A program made the translations under genes and the position numbers. Under the pieces are notes generated by a model. That model was not told the DNA's origin, ran no database searches, and saw only the letters and a list, made by a program, of their open reading frames with translations. Below, one piece after another: positions 12,517-25,434 of a stretch of DNA of 64,000 bases; position 1 is the stretch's first letter; the number at the start of each line of letters is the position of its first letter. Source of the stretch: Scenedesmus sp. PABB004. Its lineage: Eukaryota. The stretch lies in assembly GCA_014905635.1 (NCBI GenBank), contig JABVCE010000032.1, forward strand, positions 124,001 through 188,000, read 5' to 3'.

Positions 12517-12872
12517 GGGCGGGCTGGGCGTGAGCCGGGGCCGCGGCGCGTGCTAAAGCGCAGCGCCGCGCTGCGCGGTCGCGCCGCCGCACAGCCACAC
12601 GCCACTACGCCCCGCGCCCGGCATTCAAACGCTACCACCGCCCCAGCCCCGCCCTGCGCCAGCAGCGCGCCGCAGCCGCGTTTCTCGGCTCCGCGCCTTC
12701 TCCCGTACGACAGTTGGCGCCCTCCCGCACCGCCAGCTCGCGCCCGCCCGGCCGGCGCGGCCCTCGCTCATGCAGGCGCGCCCACGCGGGCGCTCAGCGC
12801 GCAGCGGCGCCCGGCGGTAGCGCGGCGGGGCACGGCGGCGCGGCGCGGCGCAGCGGCGCAGCGGCGTGCTCG

Positions 12873-15800
12873 ATGCTGCCCACCGGGCTGGAGAACTACC
12901 ATGTCATCGACCTGGTGGGCGAGGGCAGCTTCGGCAAGGTGCGGCGGCGCGGCGTGGGCGCGCCGCGCGGCAGGGTCTCCGCCCGGCGCGCACCGCCGCC
13001 GCCGCTGCTCCGTCCACCGCCGCCGCTGCGCGTCAGGTGTACAAGGGCCGGCGGCGCTGCACCGGGCAGATCACGGCCATGAAGTTTATCGTCAAGCACG
13101 GCAAGTCGGAGAAGGACATCCGCAACCTGCGGCAGGAGATCGAAATCCTGCGCCAGCTCCGCCACGAGAGCATCATCCAGATGCTCGACGCCTTTGAGAC
13201 CAAGACCGACTTTTGCGTCGTCACCGGTGGGATGGGGGGGGGGGGTTGCCAGGCAGCGGCGGCGCCGGCCCAGCGGCGGCCCGACGCGACGCCGCCGCGC
13301 CCGACGCGCCCCTTCGCCCCGCGGCGCGCAGAGTTTGCGCAGGGCGAGCTGTTTGAGATCCTGGAGGACGACCAGAGCCTGCCGGAGGAGGTGGTGCGGG
13401 GCATCGCCAAGCAGCTCGTACGCGCGCTGCACTACCTGCACGGCAACCGCATCATCCACCGCGACATGAAGCCGCAAAACATCCTCATCGGCGCGGGCGG
13501 CGCGGTCAAGCTCTGCGACTTTGGCTTTGCGCGCGCGATGAGCTGCAACACGCTGGTCCTCACGAGCATCAAGGGCACGCCGCTCTACATGGCCCCCGAG
13601 CTGGTGCAGGAGCAGCCCTACAACCACACGGTGCGCGGCGCGGCGATGGGGGGGGGGGGCACAGCGGCGGCCGCCCTGCCCTGCCCCTGCAGAACCGCCT
13701 GCCGCCTTGCCGCCGCCGCTCGCGGCAGGTGGACCTGTGGTCGCTGGGCGTGATCCTGTACGAGCTCTTTGTCGGGCAGCCGCCGTTTTACACCAACAGC
13801 ATCTACAGCCTCATCCACCACATCGTCAAGGACCCCGTCAAGTTCCCCACCAACATCAGCGGCGACTTCAAGTCCTTCCTCAAGGGCCTGCTCAACAAGA
13901 AGCCCGCCGACAGGCGCGGCCAGGCGCAGCTGCCGGCGCGCGCGCACCGCGGCCATGCGGGCGCTCAGCCGCCGCCTCTGCCGCCCCCGCGTCGCAGGCT
14001 GGGCTGGCCGGAGCTGCTGGACCACCCGTTTGTGCGCGAGACGGCGGGCGAGCGCCTGGTGCGCGAGCGCGCTCTGGCGGACGCCGTGGAGCTCGCCGAC
14101 AGCAGCAGGGCGTGGAAGGTGCGGCGGCGGCAGCGGCGGCGGCGACAGCGGGTGCGGCGCCACACAGCAGTGCCCAAGCCACGCCCCCGCCGGGCAACGC
14201 CGCGTTGCACGCAGGGCGAGGGCGGCGCGGTCGCCGGTGCGGTGTTGGCGGCGGCGCACCGCGGAAGCACGCCCAGTAGGGCCGCTGGCGCGCCCGCGGC
14301 GACGGCGGGGGCGGCGAGCCCGGCCGCGCTGCCGAGCGGCACGCCGCCGGTGCAGCCCACGCGCACGCCTTCCATGACGCGCCGCGAGCCGGCCAGCCGC
14401 CGCCTGCAGGGACCGGGTGCGCCCTGGCCTTCGAGCGCGTCGGGGCAGCGGTCAGCCGCGCCGCGCCCGCCGTGCGGCGCCGCAGCGCCAAATCCGCCAC
14501 GCCTCCCGTGCGCCGCAGGCGGCAAGGAGCAGCAGCCCGCTGCGTCGGCCGACGGCGGCCTCGCCCAGCCGCGCGCGGCGGCGCCCGGCGCCCTGGCGCA
14601 GCAGCTGAGCGCCGGTGGCGGCTCCCCGGGCGGGCCGTCCGTTGACGCCATGCTGGCGGCAGCGCGGTGCAGCGAGAGCGGCGCAGCGGCCTGGACGGAC
14701 GGCTCGACGCTGCCTGCCCTGCTCAAGGTGGGTCGGGGCCTGCCCCGCGCTGGCCGCGACGTGCCACACTCGCGGCAGCTCCAGCAGCCGTCCGCCGCCA
14801 TGCCCGCAGCTCCTGACTCCGCCGCCAGACGGCACCAGGCGTGCGTGGCTGCTGGATCCGCAGCTGCCACGCCTGCTGGACGCCGCGGGCGCGCTGCTGG
14901 GGCTGTCCGACGGCCACGCCCAAGCGCCGGCGCTTCAGGTGGTCCCGACAGCACGCCGCCGCACGGCCCTGGCCGGCGCGCGGCCCGGCTGCCAGCAGCG
15001 CCGGCTTAGCCCCACGCCGCCCAAACAATTGCCGCGCAGGACGCCCTGGCAACCGTCGCAGAGGCAGCGTGCGGCGCCAGCCCGCCCGCGTGGGACGCGG
15101 CGGCGGCCGCCGCCGAGGCGTTGCGTGCGGCGGGAGCGGGCGCGGCGCGGGAGAAGGCGGCCGTGGGCTATGCGTTTGTGGCCTTTGACGGCTGCCTGCC
15201 GCTGTGCAGCAAGCTCCTGGCAGCTGCCAGCGAGGGCGGTGGCGGGGCGGCGGGCGACGGCCGCTGGCGCGCCGCCGCTGCAGCTGCCGCGTGCCTTGCG
15301 GACAGCCTGGCCCGCGCGCAGCTGTGCGTGAGCGGCGGGGTGCGCGGCCCGGCGCTGCGGCAGGCGGAGGGCCTGCTGCAGCAAGCCGTCACCGCCGGCC
15401 TGCCGCAGCAGCTGTGCTGCTGCTGGGCCGAGGCGGCGGCGGCGGCCGGTGATGGCGACGATGGCGACGGGTCCGCAGCTGGCAGCGCCGCTGCCGCGCT
15501 GCTCGGCGCGATGGCGGCGCTGGTGACCGCGCCGACCGGCAAGGCCAACGCCTGCTGCGTGGCGGACCACTTCCCCCTCGCCTCGCTGCTCGCGGCCAAG
15601 ATCTGCGCCGCGCCCGACCGCGGCGCCGACGGCGAGGCGGAGCTGGTGGAGGTGCGTCGTTGTGGCGGCGGCTGCAGGGCGAGGCGCGAGGCCAGCTGCC
15701 GCCGCCGCCGCTGCCGCGCAGCTTGCTCACGCCCCTGCGCCCCCCCCCCCCTGCGGCGCAGGCGGTGCGGGGCGTGTTGGGGGAGGCGCTCGCGGCCGCT

Positions 15801-18800
15801 CCGGCCCACCTGGCCGCGCTGGGCCAGCGGGCAGCGAGGCACGACGCGCGCGCGCTCCAGGTGCGAGCCCCGCAGTGGCCCTGCGCAGTGTCCCGACCCG
15901 CCGCGATCTCACCAGTTTGAGCCGCCGACGCCGCAGGTGCTGCTGCACTGCTGCCGCTGCTGCGGGGCGCTGGCAGAGGCCAGCGCGGCGGCGGGCCTGC
16001 CCGACGCGCTGCTGCGCGCGGCGTGCAGCAGCGGCAGCAGCACCACGTCGCTGGCGCTGCTGGCGCTGGCGGCGATCGTGTCGGGCGTCGCAGCGCGCGC
16101 AGCTGGCATCGCCGCCGGTGACGGGGCAGCCGCTGCGGCGGGCAGCGGCGCGCGCGAGCCCGCCCTGCAGCGCCTTGCGGCTGCGCTGCGCGCGGTGGGT
16201 CCCTGCCAGGCCACGGACGTGGCCATCGTGAAGCTGTCAGGTGCGCAGAACTGGCGGGGAGCGGCGGCTGGCCACGCCCCTGCTGCCGCCGCCCGGGCGC
16301 TTCCGTGTTCCGCCGCCCGCTCACCCCGCCGCCGGGCGCCCCCGCCGGCCCCGCTGCGTGTAGCGCTGCTGCACCACAACCCCTCGGACGTGCGCGCGCC
16401 GTTTGCCGCGGCCGCGGCCATCGCCGCCTTCATGCCCCTGTACCTGCTGGCGTGCGCCCCGGACGGCGGCGGCCCCGCGCTGCGGCAGCTCATGGGCGCC
16501 GGCTGGGGCTGGCAGCCGGCGGTGCCGCCGATGGGGCTGGTCAGCCCCGACAAGCTGGCGGCGCTGCTGCGGCTGTTCAAGTACCGCCTGGGCGCGTCGG
16601 GGCCGCCCATGTGCGAGGCGCTGGAGGGCGTGCCCTGCAGGTGTGTGTGCGTGGGAGAGGGGGGGGGGGGGCAGGCCCGCCGCGCACGCCTGCGCCGCCC
16701 TCGCCGACTCGCTGCCTCGACGGCACCGCGCGGCGCAGGACGGGGCTGCTGGACGGCCCGGTGCGCCTGGTGGCTGGCCTGCTGGCGTTTGGCGGCAGCA
16801 GCGCGGCCAGCCTGGAGGCGCAGCAGGCGGGCCTGTGCGCTGCGAGCGTGGCCACTGCGCTCAGCCGCAAGGACGGCCCGCTGCTCGAGCTGTCGCCGCC
16901 GGGTGCGCGCCGCGCAGCGAGGCTTGCGCAGGCCCTCGCGCCCGCAGCTGACGCCCCTTGCACCGCCGCCACCGCCAGGCTTGATGGCGCTGCTGGAGCT
17001 GCTGATGCACCTGGCCGCCCCCGACTGCGACGGCCCCGCCCTTCTGCTTCCGCAGCCGGCTCGGGGCGCCGGCGGCGCCATCGCCGCGTGCCTGGCGCAG
17101 CACCCGCAGGGGCTTGCGGCGGCGCTGCTGGGCCTGCTGCACGAGCAACACACGTCTGCGCTGCAGGTGCGCTGCCGCCTCGCACGCGGAAGAGGTGGGG
17201 GGGGGGGGCTCTTGGCTCGCGGGGCACCGCTCTCCGCTCGCACCAAGGGCGAGGATTGCGTCCATCGCCCCGCGCAGGTGTGGCCGCAGCGGCACGGCGG
17301 CGGGCGCGAGGGCGTGGCGCGCCTGGTGGCGGCCGTGTCGGAGCTGCTGGCGGTGCCGCTCTGCACCGCTGCAGGTGGGCGCGCGTCAGCCGGCCGCGCG
17401 TGTGCTATGCCACTGCCGCTGCGCCGCCTCGCGCCCGCTGACCGCCCGCTGTCTCCCCCCCCCCCCCCCCGGCGGCGACGTGCCGCGCGCGTACCTCGAG
17501 CTGCTGGCGCAGGAGGGCGCGCTGGGGCTGCTGCTGGCAGCCGTCGAGGGCCTGGAGCCCCGCCAAGCGCTGGTGCCGATGAACCTGGTCAACCGCCTGG
17601 TGCTGACGGGGCTGCCGGTGTTCTCCTCCCAGTTCATCCAGGTGTGTGCACGCTGCTCCTGCCCCCCCCCCCTCCCACCTTCCCAACCACCTAACCACCC
17701 ACCCACCCACCCACCCACCCACCCACCCACCCACCCACCCACCCACCCTCCCACCCACCCACCGCGCGCAGGCCGGCGGCCTGGCGCCGGGCCTCGTGGC
17801 GCGCCTGCTGCGCGAGTCCTGCCCCACGCCCCTGCTGGTGGACGTGCTCCTGGTCTGCAGCCAGCTGGCGCGCGCGTCGCCCCGGGACGGCGGCGCCGGC
17901 GGCGCGGGCTTGGCCCACACCTACGAGGCGCTGGCCAAGAGCAACCTGCTGCCGCTGCTGCGGCGGCTGCTGGCCCACCCGGACGCGGGTGCGCCACGCG
18001 CCCAGGCCCCGGGCGCGTGGCGGCCGTGCGCCCGTCAGCGCGGGATGCGTCGTGGGCCTGCCGCGCTGGCGGGCGCTCAGCCCGCGCGCGTCGCCGCCCG
18101 CCGCCTGCGGCGCCCGCAGGCGTGCGCGCGCGCGTGGCCAACCTGCTGGGCAACATGTGCCGCCACAGCGGCTACTTCTACCCCGCGCTGGAGCGGCACG
18201 GCATCCTCGCGCCCCTCATCGAGCGCTGCAGCGACCCCGACAAGGGCGCAAGGTGGCTCGCCTGCTGCGCGCCGGCGCAGCGCACAGCGCACAGCACAGC
18301 GCACGCTGCCACGCACGCACCGCAGCAGCGCACAGCATGGCCCGGCCTGACGCCGCGCGTACCCCCGCGCCGCGCGCGCAGGAAGTTTGCCTGCTTCGCG
18401 ATCGGCAACGCGGGCTTCCACAACCCGAGCCTCTACGACGCGCTGCGGCCGGCGGTCGGCCCGCTGGTCGCGCTGCTGCGCGACGACGAGGAGAAAACGC
18501 GCGCCAACGCAGCGGGCGCGCTGGGCAACCTGGTGCGCAACAGCGGGCAGCTCTGCGGCGAGATCATCCAGGTGCGGCGGCCGGCGGGGAACGGCCGGCG
18601 CGCGCGCGCAGCCGGCCCGCCTGCGCTGCCCCTGCGCCGCCCGCCCGCCGACGCGCCACGGCACGGCACGCCCGCCGGGCCCCGCCCGCTGCAGACGGGC
18701 GCGCTGCAGGCACTGCTCGACACCGTGATGGGCCCCGACAGCAGCGCCGACGCGCGGCTCGGCAGCGGCGGCGGCGAGGGCAACTCGCCCGTCAAGATCG

Positions 18801-19066
18801 CGCTCTTCTCGCTCGGCAACATGTGCGCGCACAGGGAGTGCAGGTGCGTGCGCGGCGTGCGGCGCTGGCGCGGGCCCGGCGCGCGCGGCTCGAGCGACGG
18901 GGCGCGCTCAACCACACGCCCGTCGCACCGCAGGGAGCAGCTGGCCAGGCTGGGGCTGCGCGAGGCCCTGGCCAAGCTGCAGTCGGCGTCCGGCGGCGAC
19001 ACCACGCTGCTGCGCTACATCGCGCGCGCGCAGGCCAAGCTGGGGGGCGGCGGCGCCGGCGGGTAG
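12873..19066 (+). CDS. TIO: FUSED/TIO (STK36-like) Ser/Thr kinase with C-terminal ARM/HEAT repeats, many exons
   Basis: [66 protein letters not shown]-terminal [42 protein letters not shown]. Confidence 0.92.
17695..17762. repeat. (CCAC)n microsatellite in a FUSED intron
   Basis: Direct reading. Confidence 0.9.
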
Positions 19067-19244
19067 GCTGGGGACCGGGGAGGCCGAGGCAAAAGCCCTG
19101 CTCCGAACCCCGCCGGCTCGAGCGCGCGGCTACCCAGCGCCGCCGCCGCCACGCCGCCAGTCTGCCGCTCGTCCGCCGCCACCCGCGCATTCGGGCGCCT
19201 GCCGCGGCACCCCGGGGCGCTGCCCGCGGGGCGCCCGCGGCGCG

Positions 19245-22200
19245 ATGGCCGCCGAGGAGGGCGGGGACGCCGCGCCCGGCGCCGCCGACCGACCGGCCTA
19301 CCACGTCGCGCCGGCTTCGGGCTGGGTGAACGACCCAAACGGTGCGGGGCGCGGGGGCGTCGGGGCCGGCACGCGGCGTCATCATCGTCGCATAGCGGCG
19401 CCGTGAGGCGCCCGGGGCGGCAGCCAGCGTGCCCTGGGGCCTCACCGTGCCGTATCGCGTGCGCGGGACTTGGCGGAGCGGCCATTGCTGGGCCCCTGGC
19501 GCGGCATGATGCAGCAGCAGCAGCAGCAGTCTCCACAGCTCGCACCCCGCCCTCGCCCTTGCCCCGCCCTCGCCGCCCGCAGGACCGATCATGTACAAGG
19601 GACGCTACCACCTGTGAGTTCAGCCGCTCGCGCACGGGAACTGGAGAGCCGCGCGCCGACGCGCCGCCGCTCGCCGCTGCTCGCGAACGCGCCGCAGGTT
19701 CTACCAGCACCTGCCGGAGGGCTGCGAGTGGGCGTTCGGGCTGGTGTGGGGGCACGCCGTGAGCGCCGACCTGGTGCACTGGGAGCACCTGCCGCACGCG
19801 GTGGAGCCGACCGCCGCCAGCCTCGACGCGGACGGCTGCTTCAGCGGCTGCGCGGCGCTCGACACGGACGGCACGCCCGTGCTGCTGTACACCGGCGTGC
19901 GGCTGCGCACCAACCCGGGCGCCCACGCGCCGCCGCCGCCGGAGTGCGACCTGCACCTGCCGTTCATAGAGTCGCAGCTGTTTGCTGTCCCCAGCGACCC
20001 CGGTGCGCGGCGGCGGCGGCGCTGACAGCGCGCGCGCTCCCCTCGCCTGATGATGATGCCGCCCGCGCGGCGCCGCGCGGCTGCAGACGACCCGCACCTG
20101 GCAGGCTGGGTCAAGGGCGGCGGCCCGCTGCTGGGGCTGCCGCCGCCTGGGATGAACCTGACCGGTTGGCGCGACCCTTACGTCGTGGAGCGGCCCTGCG
20201 AGGCCAACGGCCACGAGTGGGTGGTGCTCATGGGCTCGGGTGCGTGGCGCGCGCGCGCTCAGGCGACGCGCACGGCTGCACACGGCGCACGGTGGACGCG
20301 GCGCCGCCGCGCGCCCGACGGCCGTTGCCGCGCCGCGCCGCGCACCGGCCAGGCATCAAGGACGTCGGCGGCGCCACCATCGTGTACTGCGTGCGGCAGC
20401 TGCGCGAGCCCTCCAGCTGGCGCTTTGACGGCCTGCTGTGCGCGGGCGAGGGCGACACCGGTGAGCGCGCCCGCCGGCCGCACTGCTGCGGGCTCCCGGG
20501 CGCGCAGGCCGGCCGTGGCCTGCGTGCGCGTGCGCTGCAAGCACCGCCCCCGGCGCAACGCGCCGCCGCAGGCGCGGTGTGGGAGTGCCCGCTGCTGGCG
20601 CAGCTCAACCCGCTGCCCCCGGCGGCGCCCACCTCGGCAGCAGCGGCCACCAGCGGCTGGCGGCGGGCGGGCGCTGCAGCCGGCGCGACTCGCGCCTTGC
20701 GCAGGCCGGCGGCGCGGCGGACGGCCCTGAGCAGCCGCAGCAGGGGGAGCAGCAGGAGCAGGAGCAGCAGAAGCAGCGGTCGTCACCAGGCGGGGGCGCG
20801 GCGGCGGGCGGCGGCAAAGCAGCGGCGAGCGCGGGGCCGCTCGCGCTGGTTAACCCGGCCGGCCAGCTGCCGCCGGGGTACGACGCCGCCGCCGCGCCGC
20901 CTGGCAGCTGGGACGAGCGCTTCACGCACTTTTACAGCATCAGCCCCGACGCCTGCACCAACCCCACCATCTACTGGCTGGGACGGTGCGCCGCACGCGG
21001 CGGCGTCGTGGGGAGGGTGGGCCAGCTGCGCGCGCGTGCAGGCGGCGCCGCCTCAACGCCGCGCCGACCGCGCCTGCGTCGCAGCTACGCGGGCAGGCGC
21101 TTCGACCTGGACGCCGCGCGCGGCCCGCTGCGGCTCGACCTGGGCGACGTGCTCTACGCGCCAAACCTCATGCGCGACGACGCCGGCCGCCTGCTGCTGT
21201 GGGGCTGGCTCCAGGAGCGCCGCACGGTGCGCACGCCTCACGGATGGGTCGGCTCGCCCCCGTGCGCGGCGCGTGGTGGCGCGCACCCCGCTGACCAGCC
21301 CGCCACACCGCGCAGGTGGGCAGCTACGACTACGCCGGCTGCATGAGCGTGCCGCGCCTGCTGCACCTCGACGGCGACCGCCTGCACCAGAGCCCCGCGC
21401 CGGAGCTGCTGCAGCTGCGGCGCGGCGAGGCGTGGTGCGCCTGCGGCAGCACGCTGTCGCCAGACGCGTCGCTGCCGCTGCCGGGGCTGGTGCGCGGCGG
21501 CCGCCTCGACATCGAGGTGCGTGGGACAGCGGTTTGTGAGAGGGGGCGGGCGCGGCCCGGCCGTCAGGCGCTGCGGCGCGGCCGCCAGGCGGGCGCAACG
21601 CGGCGGTCAGCGCAGAGCCAGCCCTCGCGCGTCCGCTGCCCCGACCGTGCCGCGCCGTGCCGCGCCGTCCCGCGCCGCGCAGGTGGTCTTTGCGCAGCGC
21701 ACCGCCAGCACCGTGGGCGTCCTGCTGCGCAGCTGGCACCAGGGCGGCGAGGGCGGCGCGGCGGTGCTGTTCAACTGGGGCAGCGGGCTGCTGGAGGTGG
21801 TGTTTGAGGCGCTGGACCCCTGCAGCCTCGCGTTCAGCCTCACCGCGCCGGCGGCGCGCCGCATCGGCGGCGCCATCGCGCAGCGCCCCGGCCAGCCCCT
21901 CGCGCTACGCCTGCTGCTGGACGGCAGGTGGGCGAGACGGGCGGCGCGGCGGCTTGTCCCGCGCCTGGCCGCCGCGGCGCCCCGCCCACTGCCCGCTGCC
22001 CGCGGCACGGCCTGCCGCTAGCGCCGACGGCGCCGCCGTTGCGGCTGCCGCCGCGTCTGCTGCGCCGCTGCCCGCAGCTGCCTGGAGGTGTTCACCGGCA
22101 CCGGCGAGGTGCTCTCCACGCGCGTGTACAGGGGCAGCCCGGCGCCGGGGCACGCGGGCCCGGGCGTCGAGTTTGTGGCGCTGGATGGCGACGCGCTGCT

Positions 22201-22441
22201 GGAGCGGGCGGCCGCCTACGAGATGGCCAGCATTTGGCCGGCGACCAGCCCCGACAAGCAAGCGGACCACCTGGCGGCCGAGCTGGTCGCGGAGCTGCAG
22301 CTGCAGCAGAGCGCGCCCGCAGCCGCTGCGAGCGCAGGGGGCGGCGCGGCGCTTGGGGCGCCCGACGTCGGCGCGGCAGAGGGGGGAAACGAGTTCGGGG
22401 CGGAGGAGGAGATGACCGCCGACCTGTGGGGGCTGGTCTGA
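19245..22441 (+). CDS. GH32 beta-fructofuranosidase/invertase-like, multi-exon
   Basis: [15 protein letters not shown], mini-exon [55 protein letters not shown]; apparent 1-nt indel in a C run near 20618. Confidence 0.9.
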
Positions 22442-23043
22442 CGGATTCTTGGCTCGGCGCGCGGGTCAACTTTGGCCGGCGGCGGCGCGCGCGGTGTCGC
22501 GCGTGTAAAGGACAGACCGACCGACCGCGAGGCGTCTGCAGGCCGCAGACTCAGCTGCGGCGCGCCAAAGGCTGGTGCGGGGCGCGTAATTGGTGGTGCC
22601 GCCGGCAGCTGCGCGTGGGGCCGGCGCTGGGCGGCACTGAACAGCCAGGGAGCAGACGGGGTTTTGGCGCCCTGCCGGACTGAACTGAGGCGCGCCAACC
22701 AGCGCGCCAGTGAGCACCCAAAGACCCTCGGGAGTCCGGCGCGAAGCTGCTGGTGTGCGTGCGCCGTTGCACAGCGCCACAGCCACCACGTCGCGCAGCT
22801 GCCCAGCTGCAGCGGCCACCACGCAAATCTGCGACCAGGAGGGCAAACGAGCGCGGCGCAGACACCTGCGCCGCCCACCGCGCTTCCGCCGCGTGCACTG
22901 CGCAGTCGCAGCGCGCTGGCAGCGCTGCCCTGTGCCGTGAGGGCGCCACACGCAAGCAACGCGCGTGCACGCCCATCAGGCAACGCTGGCGTTGCCCTAC
23001 AGCAGACAGCGTCCGCAGCAAGGCGGCGGTGGGCGCCTGCCCC

Positions 23044-25321
23044 TCACGCGCGCGCTGCGCCGCGCTGCTCGGGGTCACCGCGACCGACCGGCCTGCTGCC
23101 GCCCGGCCTGGGGCCCCCGCCACGCGTCGGGCGGCCGTCTGGCGCCAGCCCGCCGCGGCCCTGTCCTGATGTGGGGCCGCGCTCGGCGCCGCCGCCGCTG
23201 CCGCCGCTGCCCCCTCGCGTGCTGTCGGGCGCTGGCGACCGGCCCTCGCCGCGCGGCTTGCCGCGGCCGCCCTCCACGTAGCTGCCTGCAGCGTGCAGCA
23301 CACAGCACGCGTGTTGGCCCCGCGGTGGACGAGGATGGCGGAAGCGGCGCTGTGCGCGCGGTGCACGCCCACGGCAGCGCCACGGCAACGCAGCCGCCCC
23401 CCCCCCCAGCGCCCCAGGATGCATGCTCACCTCCGCGCCCGCCAAACGCGCCAGCGGAGCAGGAGCGCCTGAACTCGCCGCCGCCGCGGCCGCGGCCGCC
23501 CGTGCCGGCGGCGACCATGCTCATGCGCACAACCTTGGGGATCTTGGGCAGCACGCTCACGCTCACCGCACCCAGCACCAGCGGGCGCGTCTTGTAGTCC
23601 ACCAGCACCTGCGACCAGCCCCGGCGTCAGGCCCCGCGCGGCTTGCCCCTGCCGCGGTGCGCCCGACCGACCTGCACGGCGCACCAAGCAGGCCGGCCCG
23701 CCGCACCTTTTGCGCAGACGCTTCTTGCGCAAAGTCGATGTACGCCGTGTTGGTTTCGTGCGTACGGCTGGGCACGACCAGCACGTTGGTGATGGGGCCG
23801 TAGCTCTCAAACAGCGCTGCCAGCTGCTCGCAGGTGGTGGTGCCGGGGATGCCGCGCAGGTAGATGCCCGACGCCTCTGCCGCCGCGCAGGCCTCCGCGC
23901 CGCCCCCGTCGCCGCCCGCCGAGGCCGGCTCGCGCTCGGCCCAGGCGCCGCCGGCGGGCGCGACCGGATCCGCGGCCGCCGGCGTGGCCGCGGCGGCGCC
24001 CGCGTCGGCGGGCGCGCCGGGCAGCGCGCCCGCGCTGCTGCTGCTGCTGACCGAGCCAGACGCTGCGGCCGCACGCGGGGCGCCGGCGCCCGCAGCGCCC
24101 CCCGCGCCGGGGCGCCCCATTTTGAGCCGCTCCGCATACGAGAGGGGCGCGGCCGCGGGCGACGGCGCGCCCTCGCCCTCCCGCGCTCCCGCGACGGCGC
24201 CAGGCGCAGCCGCGCCCCCGGCAGGCGCTGCCGCCGTCGCCGCTGCCGCCTGCTCTTGCTCCGGCTGCTGCGGAGCCGCGGCGGCCCTGGGCGTGGCCGG
24301 CCCCAGGTCGCCCTGCTGCTGCTGCTGCCCCGGCCGCGCGGCGCCGGGCGGCGGCGCCCCGGCGGCGCCGGCCACCGGCGGCGGCGCTGGGCCGGCCTGC
24401 GCCGCCGCCGCTGCGGCGGGCTGCTGCGGGGGCGCCGGCGCCGCAGCTGACGGGGCGGCGGGCTGCGAGTGCGCGGCGGCCGGCGCTGCGACGGCCGCTG
24501 CCGCCGGCGTTGCAGTTGCGGCCTGTGGCGTGGCTGCTGCTGCAGGGCTGCCCGGCAGGACGCCGTTCTCTGAGAAGCGCGGCGCCCCCGCCGCCGGCGC
24601 GGCCGGCGCCGCGACGGGCCCGCCCGCCGCGTCCACGGGCGGGTGCAGGCAGAGGATGTCGTTGAGCACGAAGAAGCCCTTGTCCTGCGGCGCGAGGAAG
24701 AAAATCTGCGTGTACCGGCGCTCCGCGGCCTGCAGCGGCGGCACGCGGGTGGCGCAGGTGGGCGCTACTCGCGCAGCAAGCGCAGGCATTCTGGGGCTGG
24801 CGCGGCCCTTGTTCTGCGCGCCACTGCTGTGCGCTGCTGCTGCTCGCTGCGGCGCGGAGCGCCCAACCGCCGCCGCCGTGCGCCCCCACTACGCGCTCCC
24901 CACCGCACGGACCGCGCACCTCGTTGGGCAGCGTGAGGCGGCCGTCCACCTGCAGCAGCACGCCCGACGCGAGCGAGTACTGCGCCTCCGAGTGCTCGAT
25001 CGTGATCTTGGCGCCCTGCACGGTGCTGTTGACCTTTTCCTGGATGGCCTGCGGCGCGGGGCACGCCTGGGCGGCGCGGCGGGGCGGCGCGCGGCCCCGC
25101 GGTGCCGGGGCGGGCAGCAGTGCGCGCGCCTGCGTGGTGGCCACTGTCTGGCGCGTCTCCGGGCGCCCGTGGTGCCGCACGGTGAGCGTGAACTGGCTGT
25201 CGTCCTTGTAGAAGCGGTGGAGGTACTTGGGGTGCTTGGCGAGGACCTCGTAGTAGCGCTTCACGAACTCGTTGGCAACCCAGGATGCCGCCGGCGCGGC
25301 GCCCTCCCCCGCGCTGGCCAT
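23044..25321 (-). CDS. NTF2 + RRM + RGG protein (G3BP/Rasputin-like), multi-exon
   Basis: WVANEFVKRYYEVLAKHPKYLHRFYKDDS, RRYTQIFFLAPQDKGFFVLNDI (NTF2); GIYLRGIP...FESYGPI...AYIDF (RRM); RGG-rich tail. Confidence 0.85.
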
Positions 25322-25434
25322 GGCGGCCGCCCCGCGGCGCCCACGGAAGGCGCGACGGCCGGATCAGGGCGTTGCCGCCAAGGGCGGGCGATCGGGGCGC
25401 GCAGCGGGGCGCGCGCGTGATGCGGGCGGCCCCG